DNA of 63,866 nucleotides from Patescibacteria group bacterium (GTDB lineage Bacteria; Patescibacteriota; Patescibacteriia; Patescibacteriales; JBAZCA01): NCBI GenBank assembly GCA_041661405.1, contig JBAZUL010000010.1, positions 1 to 63,866 of the forward strand, read 5' to 3'. Shown piece by piece: positions 28,477 to 38,316 of this stretch (position 1 is its first letter; each line of letters starts with the position of its first letter). The notes under the pieces were generated by a model. It saw only the letters and a program-made list of their open reading frames with translations, ran no database searches and was not told where the DNA came from. The position numbers and the translations under genes were made by a program.

Positions 28477-29325
28477 TTATTTTTCCGTTTGGTTTTCTTT
28501 TATTTCCGCGCCGGCTCCAACCGAAGGCTCGGATTTTGCAACCGCTTCCGGAGTCGGTTCAATCTTTTCTTTTCCCGCTTCCGCCGGAGCTTCTTTGGCT
28601 GCTTCCTCTTTTTTTTCCGCGACCGTTTCAGCCGGCGTTTCTTTTACGGCGTCCGGGGCGACGATTTTCAGCTCTCCGGGCCCTTCTATCATAACCAAGC
28701 TGTTTCTCGCGCCGGGAACCGATCCTTTTATCAATAAAATATTATTTTCTTTGTCAATTTCCACGACTTCCAGGTTGGTGGTCGTGCTTTTCGCGTTCCC
28801 CATGTGGCCGCCCATCCGCATGCCTTTGAAAACATGGGCCGGTCCGGTCGCGCCGATAGAGCCGGGCATCCGGAGCTGGTCTTTATTGCCATGGGTTTTT
28901 TTCTGTCCGGAAAATCCGTGCCGCTTCACGACGCCCTGAAAGCCTTTGCCTTTTGAAACGCCGGTCACTTTAATAACGTCGCCGGGTTCAAAAGTCGTAA
29001 CGTCAATTATATCCCCGGATTTGACCTCGGCGGTTTCGTTTCTTCCTTTCTTGTCCAGCCGGAATTCGCGGGTATATCTTATTTCGGTCTTTTTTTTCTG
29101 CCCGGCAAGCCGGCCGGCTTTTTTCAGGTGTCCGAGCTGAGGCTTGGCGATATTCTTTTCTTTCTTTTCCCCATAGCCCACCTGCACGGCCTTATAGCCG
29201 TCATTTTCCATGGCTTTTACCTGGGTTATAAGACAAGGTCCGGCTTGAACCCGGGTAACGCCGATAACCGCGTCCCCTTTCCAAACCTGGGTCATGTCCA
29301 ATTTTTTTCCTAAAATAAATTTCAT
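28477..29325 (-). CDS. rplC: 50S ribosomal protein uL3 with an acidic C-terminal extension
   Basis: MKFILGKKLDMTQ, SKGKGFQGVVKRHGF, MGGHMG; start moved to MKFILG. Confidence 0.96.
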   Translation of the reverse strand: MKFILGKKLDMTQVWKGDAVIGVTRVQAGPCLITQVKAMENDGYKAVQVGYGEKKEKNIAKPQLGHLKKAGRLAGQKKKTEIRYTREFRLDKKGRNETAEVKSGDIIDVTTFEPGDVIKVTGVSKGKGFQGVVKRHGFSGQKKTHGNKDQLRMPGSIGATGPAHVFKGMRMGGHMGNAKSTTTNLEVVEIDKENNILLIKGSVPGARNSLVMIEGPGELKIVAPDAVKETPAETVAEKKEEAAKEAPAEAGKEKIEPTPEAVAKSEPSVGAGAEIKENQTEK

Positions 29326-29383
29326 AAATCTTTGGAATAAACCTATTTTGCTAACCATGCCTCATCCGGCAGTAAACTAACCT

Positions 29384-29453
29384 CCTGACGAATTAACGAA
29401 TCCGGCGATGAATTTCACGAACATTTATTGATTTTATTCGTTAATTCGTCAGG
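29384..29453. repeat. 18-bp perfect inverted repeat in the rplC leader
   Basis: CCTGACGAATTAACGAAT (29384-29401) / ATTCGTTAATTCGTCAGG (29436-29453). Confidence 0.85.
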
Positions 29454-29566
29454 AAACAAAAAAGCCGGTCTTAACACAAAAAACCAGCATTATTACTGCG
29501 CCGTTTTTACTCGTGTTTTAGACTATTTCGGAAAAATTTAATTCTCCTCTTCCGCCGGGTTTAATC

Positions 29567-29594
29567 ATTATAGCACTTTCCCTTAATATTTCAA
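29567..29594 (-). promoter_or_regulatory. Internal promoter upstream of rplC
   Basis: TTGAAA-16-TATAAT with extended TG. Confidence 0.6.
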
Positions 29595-29641
29595 GTGCCG
29601 AGCGCGTGAGCGAGGCATCCCGCAGCCGAAAGCATGCGGGA
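29591..29641. repeat. 51-nt double-hairpin repeat, copy 1
   Basis: 46/51 identical to 36602-36652. Confidence 0.85.
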
Positions 29642-29691
29642 ACAAAATAAGGGAGTTGCGATAATTATTAAAGCGGCTTAATTTTAAAAAA

Positions 29692-30072
29692 CTACATCTT
29701 TATTTCAACATCCACCCCGGCCGGCAAGGTCAGGCTGGAAAGCGACTCAATAGTCGCGGCTGTCGGATCAATTATATCAATCAATCTTTTATGGATTCTC
29801 ATTTCAAATTGGTCGCGGGAATCCTTATGGACGAAGGTTGAACGGTTCACCGTGTATTTTTTCTTTTCCACCGGCAAGGGGATAGGGCCGAATGTTTTCG
29901 CTCCGCTCCGCTCGGCAGTTTCAATAATAATCCGCGCCGAATCGTCAATAATCTTATGGTCAAAGGCTTTCACCTTGATTCTGATTTTCGGTTTTTCATC
30001 CTGCTTAACCGCCGGTCGGGCGAGTTTGGGATTCACTTTCTTTTCTTCTGGTTTAGTCTTGGTTGCTGACAT
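29692..30072 (-). CDS. rpsJ: 30S ribosomal protein uS10 with an N-terminal extension
   Basis: [32 protein letters not shown]. Confidence 0.97.
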   Translation of the reverse strand: MSATKTKPEEKKVNPKLARPAVKQDEKPKIRIKVKAFDHKIIDDSARIIIETAERSGAKTFGPIPLPVEKKKYTVNRSTFVHKDSRDQFEMRIHKRLIDIIDPTAATIESLSSLTLPAGVDVEIKM

Positions 30073-30222
30073 TATTATAGGGTGTAGGGATTAGGGGTCA
30101 GGGATTAGGGCTAAAAAATTTCTACCCCCTAATCCTTACACCCTATGCCCTCAAATAAATAAACACTTAAACCCCGTCCAGTCCCGAGACTCCGGGATGG
30201 AGCTGGACAGGGCAAAAAGTAT

Positions 30223-31410
30223 TTACTTCAAAATTTTCGTTACCACTCCGGCTCCAACGGTCCGGCCGCCTTCGCGGATAGCGAACCGCTGTTTTTCTTC
30301 CAAAGCGATCGGGGCGATAAGTTTCACTTTCAGATTAACGGTATCGCCGGGCATTACCATCTCGGTTCCTTCGGGAAGTTCGATTTCTCCGGTTACGTCC
30401 GTCGTCCGGATATAGAATTGCGGCTTATAGCCTTTGAAAAATGGTTTGTGGCGTCCGCCTTCCTCTTTGGACAGAACGTAAATTTCGCCTTCAAAGTCAG
30501 TATGCGGAGTTAAGGTTCCCGTCTTGGCGAGCACCTGGCCTCTTTCTACCTCATCCTTCTTCGTGCCGCGAAGCAAAAGTCCCGCGTTGTCTCCAGCCCT
30601 GCCTTCATCCAGCTGTTTGTTAAACATTTCAACTCCGGTCACGACGGTTTTCATGGTCGGGCCAAGGCCGACGATTTCCACTTCTTCGTTAACTTTGATA
30701 ATGCCTCTTTCAATTCTTCCGGTAACAACAGTACCGCGGCCTTCAATGGAAAAGATATCTTCAATCGGCATAAGGAAAGGCTTGTCAGTATCCCTGACCG
30801 GTTCCGGAATGAATTCGTCAAGAGATTTAATCAAATCAAGAATCGGCTGGGCGTCGTCGCCGGTTGGGTTTTCTAAAGCTTTCAAAGCCGAACCGCGGAT
30901 AACCGGGGTAGTGTCGCCCGGAAATTCGTATTTCTTGAGTAAGTCGCGAATTTCTTCCTCAACGAGGTCAATTAAATCCTTATCTTCAACCATGTCGCAT
31001 TTGTTCAAAAATACGACGATTGAAGGCACGCCTACCTGCCGGGCTAAAATGATGTGTTCCCGAGTCTGAGGCATGGGCCCGTCAGTGGCGGCTACCACCA
31101 AGATTGATCCGTCCATCTGGGCGGCGCCGGTAATCATGTTCTTTACGTAATCGGCGTGTCCGGGACAATCAACGTGGGCGTAGTGCCGTTTTTCCGATTC
31201 ATACTCAACGTGGGCCGTGGCAATGGTAATACCCCGGGCTTTTTCTTCCGGAGCCGAGTCAATCTGGTCCACTGATCTTTTAGTGGCCTGGAATCCTTTA
31301 GCGGCCATCACGTTTAAAATGGCGGCCGTTAGGGTCGTTTTGCCATGGTCAACATGGCCGATGGTTCCGACATTTACATGTGGCTTGGTGCGATTAAATT
31401 TTTCTGCCAT
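30223..31410 (-). CDS. tuf: Elongation factor Tu
   Basis: [29 protein letters not shown]. Confidence 0.99.
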   Translation of the reverse strand: MAEKFNRTKPHVNVGTIGHVDHGKTTLTAAILNVMAAKGFQATKRSVDQIDSAPEEKARGITIATAHVEYESEKRHYAHVDCPGHADYVKNMITGAAQMDGSILVVAATDGPMPQTREHIILARQVGVPSIVVFLNKCDMVEDKDLIDLVEEEIRDLLKKYEFPGDTTPVIRGSALKALENPTGDDAQPILDLIKSLDEFIPEPVRDTDKPFLMPIEDIFSIEGRGTVVTGRIERGIIKVNEEVEIVGLGPTMKTVVTGVEMFNKQLDEGRAGDNAGLLLRGTKKDEVERGQVLAKTGTLTPHTDFEGEIYVLSKEEGGRHKPFFKGYKPQFYIRTTDVTGEIELPEGTEMVMPGDTVNLKVKLIAPIALEEKQRFAIREGGRTVGAGVVTKILK

Positions 31411-31523
31411 AGTAACTTTTGTTCCGGCCCCATACCCTGCGTTTTGCTGGGCAGTGAGTTTTTTCCTTGGAGGAACCAGCCGATGTAATTAAAATTTCTA
31501 AATGTTAAATAATTAAATATTTT

Positions 31524-32132
31524 TTAATAACCGATTTCTTCAAGATAATTCCGACCCGCTCCGATCACTTCGTCCGCCGCCTTTTTCCGGTCAGTCGGGA
31601 TATTCCATCTTTTCGGCTCTTCCCGCGCCGTTTTGGCGTTCTTTGAAGATTCGTTAAAGGGGGCGGCAAAAGACAGCTCATCTTCAGGAGCCTCTTGGCT
31701 CGCCAAATTTCTTTTTCCCTCTCCGGCTGTATTTTCCGGCAAATCCGCTGGTTGGCTTTTTACTCCGAATTCCCTGGCTCTTTCGTATAACTTATACTCT
31801 TCGGGCTCAAAATATAGCTCCTCTTCCAGTTCTTCGTCTTCGCATTCATCATCTTCGGTTTCATCAGAATAATCAGCTTCATAATCGTCCCTTTTCAGGT
31901 ATTCGTTAAAAAATTCCCGTTCACTTTTCCAAACAGCAATATCGCGATTTATTTTATCAAGTAATTCATCTTCTGTCAATCCCCGGACATCCGCCCGCTT
32001 TATCGCCAGCCTTTCATACTCATCCAAGTTTAAAACCACGTACGGATCAGCCGATTTCACGCTGTCAAAAACTAAAAGCCGATCCCCGGTTTTTTTCGCG
32101 ATTTCCATCGCCCTTTGGAGTTGATTTTGCAT
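31524..32132 (-). CDS. Hypothetical acidic protein
   Basis: 202-aa ORF with an Asp/Glu-rich centre, between a promoter and tuf. Confidence 0.7.
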   Translation of the reverse strand: MQNQLQRAMEIAKKTGDRLLVFDSVKSADPYVVLNLDEYERLAIKRADVRGLTEDELLDKINRDIAVWKSEREFFNEYLKRDDYEADYSDETEDDECEDEELEEELYFEPEEYKLYERAREFGVKSQPADLPENTAGEGKRNLASQEAPEDELSFAAPFNESSKNAKTAREEPKRWNIPTDRKKAADEVIGAGRNYLEEIGY

Positions 32133-32185
32133 TTTTTTAAAAGTCCTAAAAATTACTCTTCTTAGAGCTTTTCAAATCTTCTTTT

Positions 32186-32214
32186 ATTTTATAGGAAAAT
32201 GTTTTTAGCGTCAA
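32186..32214 (-). promoter_or_regulatory. Promoter for the hypothetical gene-tuf unit
   Basis: TTGACG-17-TAAAAT. Confidence 0.65.
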
Positions 32215-32237
32215 GAGGTTTACTCCGCTTTCCCGCG

Positions 32238-32729
32238 TTAGTCATCGCAGCGCGGATCCGCGAGAAAGGAGCGCTGGGTAGTAATATAGACTATATAGGG
32301 TGTATTTTCCGCGGGTGTCACGTTCGCCAATTCTTCCTGCCAAGCGATAAACGGCATCTCATACGGAGAGTCTCTTTGGTCGGAAAATAAAATATGAACG
32401 GGAATCATTTCATTGCCGAATGAAGCGCTGGCATTTTGGTAAATTTTATTAATATTATCTTTCGCGAATGGCGCAACGCGCGCCTCTCCCACAACATAAA
32501 TACAGCGGCGGCTTCCATGTTCATCTGGTCCGCCGAGGTATATTTTTTTTCTAAGCAAAGCGGAATGTCTTGGATGTTGAATATTTGCCTGGGCAAACGC
32601 TCCTTGCAACCTCCAAATATTAATATCATGTATTGGAACGCCTCGGTAAAAGAAAAACGCCACTACCCCGGACAATATAACAAGAAGTGCCGCGCTAATT
32701 AAAAAAAATTTTATTGACGTATGCCGCAT
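32238..32729 (-). CDS. Hypothetical membrane-anchored protein (possible cognate partner of the DUF3892 fusion)
   Basis: N-terminal TM FFLISAALLVILSGVVAFFFY; starts 3 nt after the upstream stop codon. Confidence 0.65.
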   Translation of the reverse strand: MRHTSIKFFLISAALLVILSGVVAFFFYRGVPIHDINIWRLQGAFAQANIQHPRHSALLRKKIYLGGPDEHGSRRCIYVVGEARVAPFAKDNINKIYQNASASFGNEMIPVHILFSDQRDSPYEMPFIAWQEELANVTPAENTPYIVYITTQRSFLADPRCDD

Positions 32730-32732
32730 ACG

Positions 32733-33195
32733 CTAATTTTCAGAAAGCCACTTCTTTGCAAACGCGTAGAACTCGATTGCGATTTGATTCCCTCGTTCAT
32801 TTGGCTCTGGTTTTGAATGAGGTTTTCTGTGCGGCAACGAATACAAAGTTGCAATTATTTCCGGTTTTTCTGATATATCGGCAATCTTTGCCCACTCATC
32901 AATTAGATCGCGTATCCGCGCTGATTGGCGGAGTACTGATGGGGTGTCTTGTTTGATTTGCGTAAAAAAGAAGATCGCGTCCGGAAACGGAAATAATATC
33001 CAGGTTATCTTTTTGATCGGTATTCGGAGTGGCGCGCACATAATTTCCGTATCGGCCTTGAACAACGCACATGCCTTTCAGCGCTCCAGAATGTATAAAA
33101 CGGGATGCTTCCTCCAAAGAAAGTATTTGCGCTGTATCCGATACAAAACCTGCGTTTTTACCGTTTAAATCTGTTACCGCCAATATTATCTTCAT
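32733..33195 (-). pseudogene. DUF3892-domain fusion gene with an apparent internal deletion and frameshift
   Basis: Frame 1 reads MKIILAVTDLNGKN...YVRATPNTDQKDNLD...ISTPPISA and stops at 32899. Another frame reads SARIRDLIDEW...PEIIATLY...RGNQIAIEFY..AKKWL to 32733. Family assignment is from recall. Confidence 0.6.
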
Positions 33196-33237
33196 AAAAT
33201 TATTTTACCATTTAATGCAGGCGTCATTATAATTTAT

Positions 33238-33266
33238 ATTATAACACACATTACCCATTCCCGCAA
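33238..33266 (-). promoter_or_regulatory. Promoter of the DUF3892 gene
   Basis: TTGCGG-17-TATAAT with extended TG. Confidence 0.6.
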
Positions 33267-33267
33267 C

Positions 33268-33300
33268 AAAAAAAGACGCCCCGCCAGCCGGAACGCCTTT
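33268..33300 (-). terminator. Intrinsic terminator after fusA
   Basis: AGGCGTTCC/GGGGCGTCT stem followed by T7 on the minus strand. Confidence 0.7.
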
Positions 33301-33349
33301 AAAAATATTTTCTTTTTCTGTTATCTATTATCTGCCTTCTGTCGTCTTT

Positions 33350-35428
33350 TTATTTCTTCCTCTTTTCAATAATTTCTAAAGCGACGTTATTCGGCACTTC
33401 GGCGTAGTGGAGGAATTCCATGGAATAGCTCGCCCTTCCTTGAGTCATTGACCTAAGCTGGGTCGCGTAGCCGAACATCTGCGCCAAAGGCACTTTGGCT
33501 GATACGACTTTAACCTGGCCGCGGTCGCCCATTTCTTCAATCTGGCCGCGCTTTGAATTCAGGTCGCCGATAACGTCGCCCATGAACTGCTCCGGAGTGA
33601 TGACGTCAACTTTCATGATCGGCTCTAAAATAATCGGGGAAGCCCTTTTTACCGCTTCCTGGAAAGCCATTGATCCGGCGATTTTAAAGGCCGCTTCGTT
33701 AGAGTCAACGTCGTGGTAAGAGCCGTCGTAAACCGCGGCTTTAATATCAATTAACGGATAACCGGCGAGCACTCCCTTATCCATCGCCTCTTTAACGCCT
33801 TTGTTGATCGGGGTGATAAATTCGCGCGGAATAGCGCCGCCTTTTACTTCATCCAAGAATTCATAACCCTTGCCGGCTTCGTTCGGTTCAACGCGCAACC
33901 AGCAATGGCCGTATTGGCCGCGTCCGCCTGACTGTTTAATATATTTTCCTTCGGCTTCGGCGGATTTTTTGATTGTTTCGCGGTAAGCCACCTGCGGATT
34001 GCCGACGTTGGCTTCAACGTTAAATTCGCGCTTCATCCGGTCAATAATAATATCCAGGTGCAGTTCGCCCATGCCGGAAATAATCGTCTGGTTTATTTCT
34101 TCGTCGGATTTTACCCGGAATGTCGGATCTTCTTCAGCGAGCTTAGCTAAAGCCATGCCCATTTTTTCCTGGTCAGCTTTAGTCTTCGGTTCAACGGCAA
34201 TGGAAATAACCGGTTCGGGAAAAGTGATGGATTCCAAAACCACCGGCCGGTTTTCATCGCAAAGCGTGTTGCCGGTCGTCGTATCTTTTAATCCGATTAC
34301 CGCGGCGATTTCCCCGGAATAAACCTCGCCGACTTCTTCGCGATGGTTCGCGTGCATCCGGACGATCCGGCCGATTCTCTCTTTAGTCCCTGAAGTCGTA
34401 TTTAGAACGTAAGAACCGGCTTTTAAAATTCCGCCGTAAACCCTGATAAAAGTAAGCTTGCCGACGAACGGGTCGGTCGCCACTTTAAAAGCCAGGGCGG
34501 CGAATTTTTCCGAGTCGCTGTATTTAACCTGGATTTTTTCTTCCGGGTTTTCCGGATTAAGCCCTTCAATCGGCGGCAAATCGGTCGGCGCCGGAAGATA
34601 ATCTACAACCGCGTCAAGCATGAACTGCACGCCTTTATTTTTTAAAGCTGAACCGCAAAACACTGGAACGATTTTTCCGGCAATGACGGCTTTGCGGAGT
34701 TCCTTTTTTAAAGTCTCTACCGGAATTTCTTCGCCGCCGAGATATTTTCCCATGAGTTCTTCATCGTTTTCAACGATCGCTTCAATCAACCTTCCGCGGT
34801 ATTCTTCGGCTTTGGCTTTCATTTCTTCGGGGATTTCCGTGTCTTCCCACTTAGTTCCGAGGTCATCTAAATAAATCCGGGCTTTTCTTTCAAATAGATC
34901 AACAATCCCTTTAAAATCCGCTTCCTGGCCGATTGGCAGCTGAATCGGGTAAGCGTTTTTCGTCAACCGGTCATGGATGGAAGCGACATCCTTATAAAAA
35001 TCAGCGCCCATGCGATCCAGCTTATTAATGAAGCAGATGCGAGGCACATTGTATTTATCAGCCTGATGCCAGACGGTTTCCGATTGCGGCTCCACGCCGG
35101 CCACGCCGTCAAAAATAACAACGCCGCCGTCTAAAACGCGGAGCGAACGTTCTACCTCGGCGGTAAAGTCCACGTGCCCGGGAGTATCAATAATATTTAT
35201 TCGGCAGTCTTTCCAGAAGCAGGTGGTCGCGGCGGAAGTAATCGTAATTCCCCGTTCCTGCTCCTGCTCCATCCAGTCCATTTCAGCCGCGCCTTCGTGC
35301 ACTTCGCCGATTTTATGCTTCTTGCCGGTATAAAAAAGCACCCGCTCGGTTACGGTTGTTTTTCCGGCGTCAATGTGGGCGATAATCCCGATGTTTCTGG
35401 TTTTTTCTATGGAGTATTCGCGTGGCAT
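33350..35428 (-). CDS. fusA: Elongation factor G
   Basis: [33 protein letters not shown]. Confidence 0.99.
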   Translation of the reverse strand: MPREYSIEKTRNIGIIAHIDAGKTTVTERVLFYTGKKHKIGEVHEGAAEMDWMEQEQERGITITSAATTCFWKDCRINIIDTPGHVDFTAEVERSLRVLDGGVVIFDGVAGVEPQSETVWHQADKYNVPRICFINKLDRMGADFYKDVASIHDRLTKNAYPIQLPIGQEADFKGIVDLFERKARIYLDDLGTKWEDTEIPEEMKAKAEEYRGRLIEAIVENDEELMGKYLGGEEIPVETLKKELRKAVIAGKIVPVFCGSALKNKGVQFMLDAVVDYLPAPTDLPPIEGLNPENPEEKIQVKYSDSEKFAALAFKVATDPFVGKLTFIRVYGGILKAGSYVLNTTSGTKERIGRIVRMHANHREEVGEVYSGEIAAVIGLKDTTTGNTLCDENRPVVLESITFPEPVISIAVEPKTKADQEKMGMALAKLAEEDPTFRVKSDEEINQTIISGMGELHLDIIIDRMKREFNVEANVGNPQVAYRETIKKSAEAEGKYIKQSGGRGQYGHCWLRVEPNEAGKGYEFLDEVKGGAIPREFITPINKGVKEAMDKGVLAGYPLIDIKAAVYDGSYHDVDSNEAAFKIAGSMAFQEAVKRASPIILEPIMKVDVITPEQFMGDVIGDLNSKRGQIEEMGDRGQVKVVSAKVPLAQMFGYATQLRSMTQGRASYSMEFLHYAEVPNNVALEIIEKRKK

Positions 35429-35508
35429 AAAAGTAATACAAATTACAAATCAAATACAAATTTACAAATTATTAATAAAACAATTAACTAGCAGATTTGC
35501 AGTTCGTA

Positions 35509-35976
35509 TTATCTCGCGAAATGGGCGAAAGCTTTGTTGGCTTCGGCCATGCGGTGCACGTCTTCGCGTTTTTTTACGGCCGCGCCTTCGCCGTTCATGG
35601 CGGCTATTATCTCATCAGCCAGTTTCGCGGCCATAGTGCCGCCCTTCTTTTTATCAGCCGAGTCAATGAGCCAGCGGCAACCGAGAGCGAAGCGGCGCTT
35701 GCCGCGCACCTGGAAAGGCACCTGGAAGTTAGCGCCGCCGACTCTTTTTCCGCGGACTTCCAAAAGCGGAGAAACGGCTTTCAGAGCGCGGTTAAAAACG
35801 TGGCGCGGATCCTGCTTGGTTTTTTCTTTAACAATGTCAAAAGCGCCGTAAACAACTTTTTCGGCGATGGATTTCTTGCCTTCAATCATCAAGTAATTAA
35901 TAAACTTGGCAATGTCAACATCATTATATTTCAAGTCCCCTTCAATTTTCCTTTTTGGCGCTGGTTTGCCTCTCAT
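35509..35976 (-). CDS. rpsG: 30S ribosomal protein uS7
   Basis: RVGGANFQVP, HRMAEANKAFAHF. Confidence 0.98.
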   Translation of the reverse strand: MRGKPAPKRKIEGDLKYNDVDIAKFINYLMIEGKKSIAEKVVYGAFDIVKEKTKQDPRHVFNRALKAVSPLLEVRGKRVGGANFQVPFQVRGKRRFALGCRWLIDSADKKKGGTMAAKLADEIIAAMNGEGAAVKKREDVHRMAEANKAFAHFAR

Positions 35977-36019
35977 ATTTATTTAGAATTAAAAATCAAA
36001 ATTATGGGTAATGAATTTA

Positions 36020-36445
36020 TTACTTCTTTGCTTTTTCTTTTTTCGCCCCGTACTTTGACCGGCTTTGTTTCCGGTTGGCTACGCCCTGAGCGTCAAAAAC
36101 GCCGCGCACGACTTTGTAGCGGACACCCGGCAAATCTTTGGTTTTTCCGCCTTTAACCAAAACGATTGAGTGCTCCTGAAGGTTATGGCCGATCCCCGGA
36201 ATGTAAGCGGTAACTTCCATGCCGTTTGAAAGCCGAACCCTGGCGATTTTCCGGAGGGCCGAGTTTGGTTTTTTCGGAGTGGTAGTCGTAACTTTTACGC
36301 AGACGCCTCTCTTAAAAGCCGACCCTTTAGGCAGATCGGTCCGGCGTTTGTGCAGGGTATCAAGAGTGGACTGCAGAGCCGGAGACTTGCTTTTTGATTT
36401 AATTTGTTTTCGTCCTTTGCGGACCAGCTGATTAACTGTAGGCAT
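36020..36445 (-). CDS. rpsL: 30S ribosomal protein uS12
   Basis: [28 protein letters not shown]. Confidence 0.98.
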   Translation of the reverse strand: MPTVNQLVRKGRKQIKSKSKSPALQSTLDTLHKRRTDLPKGSAFKRGVCVKVTTTTPKKPNSALRKIARVRLSNGMEVTAYIPGIGHNLQEHSIVLVKGGKTKDLPGVRYKVVRGVFDAQGVANRKQSRSKYGAKKEKAKK

Positions 36446-36576
36446 AATTTATTTAAGATATAGGGTATAGGGTTTAGCGTATAGGGAAGAAAGTTGCGGC
36501 TTCCTAAACACTACACCCCATGCCCTAATTGAAAACTAAAAACAAAGCCCCTTTAGGAGCTGTTATGTGTATCAAC

Positions 36577-36605
36577 AATTTAACAAAATTGAAAATAAAA
36601 GTCAA
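36577..36605 (-). promoter_or_regulatory. Promoter of the str operon
   Basis: TTGACT-17-TAAATT with extended TG. Confidence 0.65.
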
Positions 36606-36652
36606 GCGCCGAGCGGGTGAGCGAGGCGTCCCGTAGCCGAAGGCATGCGGGA
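36602..36652. repeat. 51-nt double-hairpin repeat, copy 2
   Basis: 46/51 identical to 29591-29641. Confidence 0.85.
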
Positions 36653-36673
36653 CATGTTAACACTCACCGTCAT

Positions 36674-37294
36674 TTAGCCCGCGATTAACCTAAAAAGAAA
36701 ATTAATTACCGGAATAATTAGCGGAAAGCCGAAGAGGACAAAAATTAAAACAAGAAACATGCCGTAACGCTCCAGCCCGATTAAAGCTCTTTCCGCGCCA
36801 GCCGGAAGAAAAGGCATGATGATTTTTGAACCGTCCAGCGGAGGAATAGGAAGCGAATTAAAAACGGCGAGCAAAAGGTTGATATAGACGACAATCTGGA
36901 TTAACTGTACCGCCGAAAAGCTGAGCGATATAACGCCGGCGCTAACAATCCTTAAAATCAAACCGAAAAGCGCGGCTAAGAACAGGTTGGAAAGCGGTCC
37001 GGCCAAAGCGACCTTGGCGGAGCCGTACTTCCGGTCGCGCAAATTATACGGATTGAAGGGCACGGGTTTGGCATAGCCGAAAATAAAAGCGCCTCCGGTT
37101 GAGAAAAAAATCAAAGCCGGCATTAATATAGAGCCCCATAAATCAATATGGGCGAGCGGATTTAGGGTGAGCCTGCCTGATAATTTCGCCGTATCATCCC
37201 CGAGCTGGTTAGCGGTCCAGCCGTGCATGTATTCGTGGATAATGGCGGATAAAAGAAGGGCTACCAGTTGGAAAATCATTATATTCGTGTCCAT
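36674..37294 (-). CDS. Site-2 protease (peptidase M50) family protein
   Basis: HEYMH, AGPLSN, NSLPIPPLDG. Confidence 0.93.
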   Translation of the reverse strand: MDTNIMIFQLVALLLSAIIHEYMHGWTANQLGDDTAKLSGRLTLNPLAHIDLWGSILMPALIFFSTGGAFIFGYAKPVPFNPYNLRDRKYGSAKVALAGPLSNLFLAALFGLILRIVSAGVISLSFSAVQLIQIVVYINLLLAVFNSLPIPPLDGSKIIMPFLPAGAERALIGLERYGMFLVLIFVLFGFPLIIPVINFLFRLIAG

Positions 37295-37300
37295 AATAAA

Positions 37301-37342
37301 ATGTTATCACAGCTTGCTATTTTAATCAAAAACTGTTAAGCT
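37301..37342. promoter_or_regulatory. Overlapping divergent promoters for the M50 gene and rpmB
   Basis: Plus strand TTGCTA-17-TAAGCT (37314-37342); minus strand TTGATT-17-TAACAT (37329-37301). Confidence 0.55.
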
Positions 37343-37436
37343 CCCATTAAGTCTAACAATTAAAATGTTTAAACACATAACATCATTCAGCGCTTAACAA
37401 AACGTTACGCGTTATGCGTTATGCGTTATGCGTAAT

Positions 37437-37670
37437 ATGGCAAGAACATGCGACATCTGCGGACGCGGAACAACCCGGGACGCCAGCCGGTCCCACTCAA
37501 ACATCCGGACCTTAAAAAGGCAGTACATAAATTTGCAGGCTCGGAAAGTTGACGGAAAAAACCTGAAAGTCTGCGCCAACTGCATAAAAACCATTAAAAA
37601 AAACGCGGCCAAAATAACGGCGCCGAAGCCCGCGAAGAAAAAAATCGCAAAAAAAATATCCCGCAAATAA
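37437..37670 (+). CDS. rpmB: 50S ribosomal protein bL28 (Zn-ribbon type)
   Basis: MARTCDICG...SHSNIRTLKR...NLQ...KVCANC. Confidence 0.93.
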   Translation: MARTCDICGRGTTRDASRSHSNIRTLKRQYINLQARKVDGKNLKVCANCIKTIKKNAAKITAPKPAKKKIAKKISRK

Positions 37671-37743
37671 CGGGATTTTTTTATGGCCGGATTCGTGCGT
37701 TTCCGCAAAAAATCTCTAAAACCCAAGTAGCGGATCGCGGACA

Positions 37744-38316
37744 TCAAATCTTCCGGAGCTCCCTTCTCAATTCCCGGTAATCGGGAATTGTTTTTTTTAC
37801 GAGTTCCCAAAAACGCGGCGAATGGTTCATTTCTTTAAGATGGCAGAGTTCATGGACGACTAAATAGTCGGCGAGACGCGCGGACAACTCGCAAATCTTG
37901 TAATTGAAATTCAGGTTGCCGCTCCGCGAACAACTGCCCCATCTTTTTTTCTGGATCTTGACGGCCACTTTGCCGAAATTAAAATTATAAAAATTGTTAA
38001 AATGGCCAATCCGCGCTTTTACCAGGCCGAGCGCCCCATCTTTTTTCCCTAAAAATTCTTCTTTTGAAGAACTTTCCAGAATGCCCGGTACGTCATGCTC
38101 TATCCGGTCAAGCGCTTTTTCAATCCACGAAGTTTTTCTTTTAATAAAGGATTCAATCTGTTCCAGTTTTCCGCCCCGCGGTATTACGCCGACGATTTTT
38201 CTGTCCCGCCGCACAAAGATATAAAACCGCCTGGCGGTCGGACTTTTCCTTATTACGCACGGCACTTCCCTGCCCGAAAAGCTATAAACTTTAGTGAGGG
38301 TTTTCTGAGGTTTCAT
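37744..38316 (-). CDS. DUF45/YgjP (M48/SprT-like) metallopeptidase
   Basis: KRWGSCS...DYLVVHELCHLKEMNHSPRFW. Confidence 0.9.
   Translation of the reverse strand: MKPQKTLTKVYSFSGREVPCVIRKSPTARRFYIFVRRDRKIVGVIPRGGKLEQIESFIKRKTSWIEKALDRIEHDVPGILESSSKEEFLGKKDGALGLVKARIGHFNNFYNFNFGKVAVKIQKKRWGSCSRSGNLNFNYKICELSARLADYLVVHELCHLKEMNHSPRFWELVKKTIPDYRELRRELRKI

Noticed and set aside
22670-29358. Extended starts in the ORF track for rplE, rpmC, rpsC and rplC
   Set aside because: The upstream in-frame codons run through repeats, spacer DNA or the previous gene; conserved N-termini begin at later ATGs.
32896-32901. TGA TGA as possible recoding (genetic code 25) or readthrough
   Set aside because: The conserved C-terminal half is in a different frame, and TGA serves as a normal stop elsewhere (for example at 8808).
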